A stretch of 32,000 nucleotides of DNA from Nitrosospira multiformis ATCC 25196 (GTDB lineage: Bacteria; Pseudomonadota; Gammaproteobacteria; Burkholderiales; Nitrosomonadaceae). The stretch covers positions 2,430,001 to 2,462,000 of the forward strand of contig NC_007614.1 of the NCBI RefSeq assembly GCF_000196355.1. The letters run 5' to 3'. Under the pieces are notes generated by a model, which ran no database searches, was not told the origin of the DNA, and saw nothing but the letters and a program-made list of their open reading frames with translations. Shown piece after piece: positions 18,216 to 25,323 of the stretch. A program made the position numbers and the translations under genes. Positions within the stretch are counted from its first letter, which is position 1, and each line of letters starts with the position of its first letter.

Positions 18216-19853
18216 CTACCCGGCTGGTTTTCTGCTCGTATAGATCTGATAGGGAAGGTTGGGTGGATCAGGCAGCCGATCGAAGTATTCGACGATGTAG
18301 CGGTAAATAAGGGGATGGGTGTTACGAAAGCGTAATTCCTCCCGCCCATCGAGGGGCAGATCGTATATCAGAACAAAGCCCGGGCTGGCCGCCGCAATGC
18401 GCCTGATTTCCTCTTGCTGAAAATCCCCATTTCGGGGAAAAAGAGCATATATCTCCCACATCGGAGATTTGGTATTCAGCAGTGGATAGGCGCCAGGCCA
18501 GAATGGAGTCGCGACGAAGCTTCCGCCATCTGGCGCATATTCCTTGGCTAGTTTCCTGAGCAGACGAACGTCGCTTTCCACCTCCGGCAAAACCATGAGC
18601 CGGTTACCCGAAATTTCAATGGCCTTGCATGGGCCACTGGTGTGACATTGCCAGCCCGGATGAAAAGCATGCATCACCCACAAACTCATAATGCATAACG
18701 CCGCTGCGAAAGACCATTTGATTTTCGGGGGCTGCGCGGCCAACAGTACGAGGCAGCCGATCAATAACGGAAAGATGCTCTGGGCAAGGTGCCCCACATC
18801 GGCGCGGGAATATGCATAATGCGCATAGGGCAACCCGAGGAACACCGACGCGACCAGCACGGGCGAAACAGCTTTGTTATGAAATTTCTGGAAAAGGCTC
18901 CATGCAACTCCGACCAGGCTGAAGATCAGTATTCCGATGAAGAGCACGCCGATCAGTACGCCGCGAATTGCTTCCTCGCTCGGTATCGAATCCAGGGATA
19001 CTTTCCATGGCCACGGAACGGGCAGAGAAAGATTGGTCGCCTTCACTTCAGACAGAAAGCGGATGCTTTCCCAGAATGCGCCAGCAAAACCAGGCACAAG
19101 CAGCGCCATCGCAAGCAGCGGCGTGAAGCCAGCCGCCACTCCTGCTGCCCAGAGCAATAATCCCTCCACGAACCCGGGCTGATCCTTTCTACTGTCGGGA
19201 TTGATCGCTAACCAAACCATCACTCCGGCGCTGCCCATCGCTCCATACAGGCCGTGATTGCGGCCAAAAACAGCCACCAGACCGATGCCCAGACCACACA
19301 CGAAGTAGCGTAGCCTCGCGGGATGCTGAACCAGAAAACTCGAGACGCCAACGAGAAGAATGGACAGGGAAATATCGAACAGCTTATGGCGCGGATACAT
19401 CCACACCATGAGAGTGATTGCCGAAAGCAGCAGATAGAGAAAACCCGGGAACTTGAAGCGCAGGAGGCTTTTTTGTGCAATCAGCAGGAGACCCGTGAAC
19501 AAGCCTATGGCCTGGAATACCGCCACCGCGCCACGCAAAGCCATGATGCCATTGTCGCCCCATAAGCTCATCAGAGCTGCCGACCAATAATAACGGCCAG
19601 GATCGTAGGACATGAAATCGCGCAGAGGTACCTCCCCCAGCAATACCCGCTGGGCCCCGTACCATAGGTAACCTTCATCCCACAGATTGAATCCCTTGTG
19701 CCCCTGCCACAGAAAGGACGCAAGCACTGCGAAAGCAGCCAGCACGAATACGGGCAATATTTGATGTATCAGCGGGAGATTTTTTATCGGGAGGGTTTTC
19801 TGGAGTTTGCCTGGCATCGCTGTATGGTTGAGGCGAAGCATGGCATCATACAT
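18216..19853 (-). CDS. Polytopic membrane protein, putative GT-C-fold (PMT_2/ArnT-like) glycosyltransferase
   Basis: 545 aa with at least 10 hydrophobic segments. The first-loop motif LWDEGYLWYGAQRVLLGEVPLRDF resembles the DE-containing loop of GT39/GT83-type enzymes. A soluble C-terminal domain of ~140 aa follows. The family call is tentative. Confidence 0.5.
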   Translation of the reverse strand: MYDAMLRLNHTAMPGKLQKTLPIKNLPLIHQILPVFVLAAFAVLASFLWQGHKGFNLWDEGYLWYGAQRVLLGEVPLRDFMSYDPGRYYWSAALMSLWGDNGIMALRGAVAVFQAIGLFTGLLLIAQKSLLRFKFPGFLYLLLSAITLMVWMYPRHKLFDISLSILLVGVSSFLVQHPARLRYFVCGLGIGLVAVFGRNHGLYGAMGSAGVMVWLAINPDSRKDQPGFVEGLLLWAAGVAAGFTPLLAMALLVPGFAGAFWESIRFLSEVKATNLSLPVPWPWKVSLDSIPSEEAIRGVLIGVLFIGILIFSLVGVAWSLFQKFHNKAVSPVLVASVFLGLPYAHYAYSRADVGHLAQSIFPLLIGCLVLLAAQPPKIKWSFAAALCIMSLWVMHAFHPGWQCHTSGPCKAIEISGNRLMVLPEVESDVRLLRKLAKEYAPDGGSFVATPFWPGAYPLLNTKSPMWEIYALFPRNGDFQQEEIRRIAAASPGFVLIYDLPLDGREELRFRNTHPLIYRYIVEYFDRLPDPPNLPYQIYTSRKPAG

Positions 19854-20016
19854 CAGACAGCATAGGGGCAGGCGGAATGACCTGACGGGGCGGGAAGCAA
19901 TTTTGTGAACGGCTCAGAAAGCAAATGAAGGTTGCTGGCAGGCGCTTTGAATATCGTGTAAATCGGACTGCTTCAGGTCAGGCACGAGAAGGCAACTCCT
20001 GACAACAATTGCCGCC

Positions 20017-20322
20017 TCATTCGCTCGCCTGCCCCCGGCACCTGATTTTCCAGACAAGGCGTGAAAATATCGCTTCGCCCAGGCGGTTGATGGTCGGAAC
20101 CGACTCTTCCGAAATCAGTGAATAGGGGGAATGGCATACCTTTTGCGCCTCGATATCCATCCATTCCGCAAGTCGCTCTTTTGAGGCCTGACTGCCGTCA
20201 TATAAATTTGTGATGGTATAAACGCCGGGACTGTCACCGTTTCCGCCGGATTTGGGGGCGATTATCGAGCCGCAGCCGGCAAGAAGAACGACGAGTGCCA
20301 GAACGCTTTTCACCGAGGCCAA
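20017..20322 (-). CDS. Small lipoprotein of unknown function
   Basis: Lipobox VVLLAG|C. The track start is TTG at 20322; GTG at 20313 would give MKSVLALVVLLAGC. It lies ~40 nt downstream of the tyrosinase gene on the same strand. Confidence 0.55.
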   Translation of the reverse strand: MASVKSVLALVVLLAGCGSIIAPKSGGNGDSPGVYTITNLYDGSQASKERLAEWMDIEAQKVCHSPYSLISEESVPTINRLGEAIFSRLVWKIRCRGQASE

Positions 20323-20360
20323 CCGTCAGGAAATCAAGAGAATCCCGCCCGCATTTCCTT

Positions 20361-21848
20361 TCATGTTCTGACGGAAACACTATACGCCCCTGTACCGGTC
20401 GGGCTGTAATGCCTGACCTGAACATAATAGACACCGGCCCCGAGGTTTTGCACGATGCGCGAATTGGTTCCCGGGCCACTGTCGTCATCCTGGGCAATGA
20501 CGGCAGTCTGGCTGTCGGGGCCGAATAACGTGAGGAAGCAATCAGTGCTACCAGCGGTTTCTATCGTATGGGAGCCGGACGTGCTGACAGTAAAGGTGTA
20601 CAGATCCCTCTCATTGGCGGAGAGTGTGCCCTGCACTGCCGGACCATTTATCTGAATGGTCTGGATACCCGGCTGCGGGCCTCCTGACCCTCGTACTGAA
20701 ATACGGTAGCTTCCAGTGGATGAGCCGCTATAGTGCCTTATGCGAACATAGTATGTTCCCGGCGCCAGGTCTCGTGCAATGCGCGGATTCCGGCCGACGC
20801 CGCTGTCGTCATCCTCGGCAACGAGCGCATTGGCATCATCCGGACCATACAGGGCGGCCACTACATCGGTGGAACCCTCGGTTTCGATAATATAATTCCC
20901 CTGGCTTGAGGCAACGAAGCTATATGTGTCCACTTCTCCCGCCTGGCCTATGGAAGCGGCAAACGGAGCCGCATCAAGGGTCAGGGGTACGATCTGCGGA
21001 GGTTCTTCTTCCTCGTCATCGTACGTGTAGCCAAGCGCATGGTGATCGAGAACATCCCGGGGCGTAGGCGGCGAAGCTTCGTTGTTCCAGGGCGGCATCG
21101 GGTCATCCAGTCCATGGCCGTTCACCACGCCCGCCGTGCCGCTCGGCGGACGATAATTCTGCCCCGGATTTTCCCGCTGCCATACTGCCCATAACCGATC
21201 GATATTGCAATGATGCAGCCAGAACACCGGATCGTTGGGGGAGGACATAGCCATCATCGAGCCGCCTACCCACATGTGGCCGGGATTGTGGATAATCCCC
21301 TCGAGATGGTTTCGAAAACTCGTATTCATGCTGCTGTTACGATTCCAGGGCGCTGAATCATAGGGCACGATATTGATGGCGGCATTCACTCCCTGTTGGG
21401 TGGGCAACGCTCCCATGGCGCCGAAGGCACGGGTGAGAAAATTATCCGTGTCACCGGGGTCCAGAACAGTAAGCGTCCACTCTCCCGTGGAAAAGGCGAA
21501 CGGCCCCGTCATCACGCGTCCGCCGGGGCCCGTTCCATTTCCACCCATGAAATTCGCATTCCAGATGGAAGCATTCGTCGTGCGATCAACTGTCCAGTCC
21601 CAATAGGGGATGGAAACACTGGGATCGATCTGCTGAAGGGCACGCTCGAACCGGCGGAGATACTCCCTGTGCCAAGGCAGAAAGGCAGGACCGCCATGTG
21701 CCGGATCGTTCACGCCGGCAAGAAAGGCGGTACGGTGCTGGGCCACGAATACATCATAGGAGCCATTTGCCTTGAGTGCTTTTACCGCCCCAACAAAGGC
21801 CGCCTTCTCCGCGGCTGTCAACGTGGATTGATTCTTTCGGGTTCCCAT
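20361..21848 (-). CDS. Type-3 copper tyrosinase with two tandem C-terminal PPC (pre-peptidase C-terminal) domains
   Basis: 495 aa. CuA region is AQH...HGGPAFLPWHREYL. CuB region is HNPGHMWVGG...DPVFWLHHCNIDRLW. Residues ~288-386 and ~396-495 are two paralogous ~100-aa units (DDDSG.G.N.RI...L..G.YYV..RHYS...TG.Y..SVR). There is no N-terminal signal peptide. Confidence 0.9.
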   Translation of the reverse strand: MGTRKNQSTLTAAEKAAFVGAVKALKANGSYDVFVAQHRTAFLAGVNDPAHGGPAFLPWHREYLRRFERALQQIDPSVSIPYWDWTVDRTTNASIWNANFMGGNGTGPGGRVMTGPFAFSTGEWTLTVLDPGDTDNFLTRAFGAMGALPTQQGVNAAINIVPYDSAPWNRNSSMNTSFRNHLEGIIHNPGHMWVGGSMMAMSSPNDPVFWLHHCNIDRLWAVWQRENPGQNYRPPSGTAGVVNGHGLDDPMPPWNNEASPPTPRDVLDHHALGYTYDDEEEEPPQIVPLTLDAAPFAASIGQAGEVDTYSFVASSQGNYIIETEGSTDVVAALYGPDDANALVAEDDDSGVGRNPRIARDLAPGTYYVRIRHYSGSSTGSYRISVRGSGGPQPGIQTIQINGPAVQGTLSANERDLYTFTVSTSGSHTIETAGSTDCFLTLFGPDSQTAVIAQDDDSGPGTNSRIVQNLGAGVYYVQVRHYSPTGTGAYSVSVRT

Positions 21849-21850
21849 TT

Positions 21851-22285
21851 TTATCTCCCCGCCTCACGGTAATCGATAATTTTCCGCGCCAAGTCCATAG
21901 GCGAAGGTTGCGGATCGAAAGCGAAGCCGGAGGCGATATACGAGCCGGATGAATTCTTTATGACGAAAACGTTCTTTCCATCAATCCTCACGTCTACTGC
22001 CTCTCCACCTGCAGCCCTTCCCGCTCCCCCGGACTCCAATCCCGCAGCGCCTTCTGCTGGCGCATCTTTCCCCGTTCGAACAACAATCTCCCGGCCTTTA
22101 TAAGTTTCACGCTGTTCCGCCATTTTCTCCCCCGCACAGGTATTGTTCCAAGCTGAATGCTCGCCCCTCGATAAGCTGATGTTTTCAATATAGGTGTTTT
22201 CATCAAAAATGCCAGAAGAGCCAAACGCGGACGCAGCCAACACATAAAGCATGAACGTCAACAAGCCGGATGTAGAATGTCGCAT
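21851..22285 (-). CDS. MelC1/caddie-like tyrosinase cofactor protein with an N-terminal signal/anchor
   Basis: I prefer the internal ATG at 22285 (MRHSTSGLLTFMLYVLAASAFGSSG..., 144 aa) over the track start at 22420. YKGREI, a Gly/Ala-rich linker, VRIDGKNVFVIKNSSGSYI and FDPQPSPMDLARKIID are colinear with Streptomyces MelC1 as I recall it (YKGRRI ... [19 protein letters not shown] ... YEPVDTPRAAARAAVD). Its stop lies 2 nt before the tyrosinase ATG. Confidence 0.65.
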   Translation of the reverse strand: MRHSTSGLLTFMLYVLAASAFGSSGIFDENTYIENISLSRGEHSAWNNTCAGEKMAEQRETYKGREIVVRTGKDAPAEGAAGLESGGAGRAAGGEAVDVRIDGKNVFVIKNSSGSYIASGFAFDPQPSPMDLARKIIDYREAGR

Positions 22286-22426
22286 GCATTGGACCCTCGG
22301 TTCTGTCGCCAAACTTCTACCGGAGCCCCCGTTGAAGCCGGGTCCATGTGGCTTGGGAGCCCAGGGCAAGGGAAGGCAGGGACGGTTCGAATAACAGTAG
22401 TAGGACGTTTCCCCCGTCAAATCCTC

Positions 22427-23488
22427 TTATCGCCACAAAAAGCTTGACATACCATTAAATTCCGGCTTTGCGCGGACGCGAATCAAATGCGCCTCCTGTG
22501 TGACCTGGAAGCGGACTGGCAGAAACTGTTCCAGCAGCCAAATGGTTGTCGCGGCGTGGGAGGAGAGTTCCCTTGTGAGAAAGCAAGATACGCCGCTCGC
22601 CAGCGCGAGGTAGATCAATACTTGGTCTGCCGCATGAATATCCAGCGTTGCGCCGGACAGGATTTCCTCGCGCAAGCACCGCCCCGCCTCAGCACCGAGG
22701 CGTTCGGCTGGCACGCCTCTTTCTGCGACGGCAGATGCCCCCAGACGGCTATGCTCCTTGTGCGCGGTCAAAAGCACCGCTCCGCCCTCACCTATCGCGT
22801 CATCCTTCCCGAATACTTCCAGGCCAACAGCTGGGGTGGGAAAAGTCGAAAGTTCCGCCAGTGCTCCGTTCGCCATGCGGTGGATGATGTGCTTGGGCAG
22901 GTTTGAAATGTGTACGAAACCGGTTATACCCTCCAGCCCTTCCGATGCGTTCAGGAGCACCGGACGCAAAGGCAGGCAAGGTTCTACGTCCACAACCACC
23001 TTTCCTCCGCCGCGAGGATAATACCCCCGGAGCAACACTTCGATCTTCGCCCTGGCGCCCATGCTATAAACCAGCGGCAGCAATACGTAGCGGAAGTAAT
23101 CCAGGGGCGGCGCAGCGCGAACATCGGTCCCACCCGAAATGTTCATCCGCACCTTTTCTCCGCATGCCAAGGCAACTGGAAGCGCTGCCTGGAGCACCAA
23201 GGTAACACTGCCTGCCGTGCCTATCGGAAAATCATATTCGCCCCCGCGTAACGGGCCAGGGCGAAAAATGATTTCCTGCGATTTGACTTCCATTCCTTCC
23301 GTCCGGGCCCTGCAAAGCGCTGCCACCGCCTTTACGGCAGTCAGATGTTGAGGCGCAAGACCAGGATTGGAACGTTTTGCACGAATGTTGTACACACGAA
23401 CCGATTGTCCCGTTATCGCCGCAAGCGCAACCGACGTGCGGAGCAACTGGCCGCCACCTTCTCCATAAGAACCATCGATTTCCTGCAT
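22427..23488 (-). CDS. rtcA: RNA 3'-terminal phosphate cyclase
   Basis: MQEIDGSYGEGGGQLLRTSVALAAITGQSVRVYNIRAKRSNPGLAPQHL is the canonical RtcA N-terminus. The adenylylation-site region is LDIHAADQ. I chose the ATG at 23488 (GAGG 5 nt upstream) over the track start at 23545. Confidence 0.9.
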   Translation of the reverse strand: MQEIDGSYGEGGGQLLRTSVALAAITGQSVRVYNIRAKRSNPGLAPQHLTAVKAVAALCRARTEGMEVKSQEIIFRPGPLRGGEYDFPIGTAGSVTLVLQAALPVALACGEKVRMNISGGTDVRAAPPLDYFRYVLLPLVYSMGARAKIEVLLRGYYPRGGGKVVVDVEPCLPLRPVLLNASEGLEGITGFVHISNLPKHIIHRMANGALAELSTFPTPAVGLEVFGKDDAIGEGGAVLLTAHKEHSRLGASAVAERGVPAERLGAEAGRCLREEILSGATLDIHAADQVLIYLALASGVSCFLTRELSSHAATTIWLLEQFLPVRFQVTQEAHLIRVRAKPEFNGMSSFLWR

Positions 23489-23602
23489 TCTGACCTCTTT
23501 GGTTGATATAGCCGGGAACAATAGATTTTTCGACCTACAATTCATGTAGCATCAAGAATCCCATGACCGCGCGGCTGGGCATCTGCCTGAAAAGGAAGCT
23601 TC

Positions 23603-23884
23603 ATGACTCCCATACAAGACTTGCTCAGCCAGATTCGCTGGGATGAGTCATTCGGAAAAGGTAATTTCGTGATCGGATACTACGATCGCAAGACTGGAGA
23701 AATTATCCAGGTTCCGCTACAGCAGATGCAACTCACGCCCCATGATCATTTCTTTTTCCACTTTACCGATCAAGAGGGACGTACTCGCGAAGTCCCCCTT
23801 CACCGGATCAGGGAAGTGTACAGGAACGGCGAATTGATCTGGCATAGACGGACGATCAATGATGAAGAGGACAATCGTTCCTGA
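23603..23884 (+). CDS. MJ1316/DUF504-type domain protein (predicted RNA cyclic-phosphate-end recognition domain)
   Basis: 93 aa. IRWDE...FVIGYYDR...VPLHRIREVYRNGELIWHRR fits the DUF504 signature (RWD ... YxDR ... P.HRI ... G..IW.R). It is divergent from rtcA across a ~114-nt intergenic region. Confidence 0.7.
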   Translation: MTPIQDLLSQIRWDESFGKGNFVIGYYDRKTGEIIQVPLQQMQLTPHDHFFFHFTDQEGRTREVPLHRIREVYRNGELIWHRRTINDEEDNRS

Positions 23885-23992
23885 TCGAATCATCCCGCTT
23901 GCCTTGGGCTTGCATGCATCATGGTTCTTCTCCGGCATGATGGGGACTGTAGCATTGTGATGCTTGATTAAGTCATTAGCGCCTCTTACTTC

Positions 23993-24031
23993 TATAATGG
24001 TATTATTTGCTCGATCTAGAGCAAATAATAC
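23993..24031 (+). promoter_or_regulatory. TATAAT box followed by a 13-bp perfect inverted repeat, a candidate operator of the HTH cassette
   Basis: TATAAT is at 23993-23998. The arms are gtattatttgctc (24000-24012) and gagcaaataatac (24019-24031), with a 6-nt spacer gatcta. The right arm ends 6 nt before the ATG at 24038, and no SD is visible. Confidence 0.5.
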
Positions 24032-24037
24032 TACTAA

Positions 24038-24307
24038 ATGATCAGTTGTCGACTTTCTGTCATCCTCGGCGCGAAGCGCATCAAGGTCGCGGATGTGTGC
24101 CGTGGAACCGGTATTGCTCGCGCCACATTGGATCGCTACTACTACGACCGCGTGAACAGTTTCGATCGTGTCGTATTGGAAAAACTTTGCAAATTCCTGC
24201 AGGTGAAACCGGGCGATTTGCTTGTGATGATCGATCAGCCGGACCTGTTTGAAGCACACGCTGCGTCGGGTTTTACCGGTGCTTTGGCAAAAGGAAAGAA
24301 AGCATGA
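24038..24307 (+). CDS. Cro/C1 (XRE)-type helix-turn-helix regulator, HTH_26/YozG-like
   Basis: 89 aa. MISCRLSVILGAKRIKVADVCRGTGIARATLDRYYYDRVNSFDRVVLEKLCKFLQVKPGDLL matches the short XRE pattern (..L..im....i....l...tgi...tl..l......s......l..lC..L.c.pgDll). Confidence 0.8.
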   Translation: MISCRLSVILGAKRIKVADVCRGTGIARATLDRYYYDRVNSFDRVVLEKLCKFLQVKPGDLLVMIDQPDLFEAHAASGFTGALAKGKKA

Positions 24308-24525
24308 TAGAGCGCGAAGTAAAGCTTCTGCTTAATGCTAATGCAATAAAGCGTGTACAGGTGCATTACGCGGTGATGTCGGCAGGCTACATGGTCGTGA
24401 TCGATGGCCAGCCCCTTGAGACCTCCAAACGCGAAACCCGCGGGTTCAAGACACTCGACGCCGCGGCCAAATTGCTCTTCAAAATCGGCATAGCGGATTT
24501 TTCGGTCAAGCTCAAAACAGGCTGA
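24304..24525 (+). CDS. 73-aa protein of unknown function
   Basis: Its ATG overlaps the HTH stop as ATGA (24304-24307). It looks like a small alpha/beta protein (EVKLLL, VQVHYAV, YMVVIDG strands; FKTLDAAAKLLFKIGI helix). I recognise no family. Confidence 0.5.
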   Translation: MIEREVKLLLNANAIKRVQVHYAVMSAGYMVVIDGQPLETSKRETRGFKTLDAAAKLLFKIGIADFSVKLKTG

Positions 24526-24530
24526 AGCCA

Positions 24531-24995
24531 GTGATTCAAAAAATCGTTTCAGGGGGACAAACAGGCGTGGATCGCACGGCGTTGGACTGGGCCCTTGCTC
24601 ATCGTATCCCGCACGGGGGATGGTGCCCCGCCGGGCGGCGCGCCGAAGATGGGGTAATTCCAGGCTGTTACGTCTTGCAGGAGACGCCCGAACAGAACTA
24701 TCAGGAGCGCACGAAACGGAACGTACGTGATAGCGATGGCACGCTTATCATTACCGCAACGAAAGAATTGACAGGTGGATCACTATTTACGCAAGAATAT
24801 GCCAATAAAATCAATCGGCCTTGCCTGCACGTTTATCCATGCAAGGAATGGCGCAAGCGAGCCTATGCATTTCTGGAATCGAATCCGATTCGAGTATTGA
24901 ATGTTGCCGGCCCCCGTAATTCAGGCGCACCGGGTATTGAACGATTCGTTCATGAAGTTCTGGATGAAGTTCATCAATATGGTTTCAGCCAATAG
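24531..24995 (+). CDS. SLOG/LOG-superfamily protein of the putative-molybdenum-carrier type (PF12694-like)
   Basis: 154 aa. GTG start 5 nt after the preceding stop. Motifs: IVSGGQTGVDRTALDWAL, GGWCPAGRRAEDG, RTKRNVRDSDGTLI and LNVAGPRNSGAPGI. Confidence 0.72.
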   Translation: MIQKIVSGGQTGVDRTALDWALAHRIPHGGWCPAGRRAEDGVIPGCYVLQETPEQNYQERTKRNVRDSDGTLIITATKELTGGSLFTQEYANKINRPCLHVYPCKEWRKRAYAFLESNPIRVLNVAGPRNSGAPGIERFVHEVLDEVHQYGFSQ

Positions 24996-25323
24996 CGCTG
25001 ACCTTGATCTTCCGGTTACCTTTCCTTCATATTTCCATATCTGGAGATCCGTCAGTCAGTCAATGCAGGCGATGCCCAATAGACGCCCGTTCTCCTGTTT
25101 CAACCAATTCTGAATTAATAGCTCCATTCGGAGCTGCACGCCTTGCATTTTCTCAAGACTTGCTTGTAAATGCCCAACTCAATATATCCGCATGCAGCAG
25201 GCCCTATCTTAGGGTTGTTTAGCGCAGTGATAGTGTATGAAGATGACTTGCGAAGAGAACTTAAACAACAGGAGGATTTGTCAAATCGTTACATTCTTGT
25301 TTTGCGATAAGGAGACCTCATTC

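Noticed and set aside
21851-22420. Full 189-aa version of the ORF upstream of the tyrosinase
   Set aside because: The first 45 codons (MTGETSYYCYSNRPCLPLPWAPKPHGPGFNGG...) look non-coding. Starting at the internal ATG at 22285 gives a normal signal-peptide N-terminus. I kept the shorter model, but the start is not proven.
23717-24259. 180-aa minus-strand ORF spanning the DUF504 3' end, the operator region and most of the HTH gene
   Set aside because: It overlaps two better-supported plus-strand genes and the promoter/palindrome, and it has no recognisable domain. It is probably spurious.
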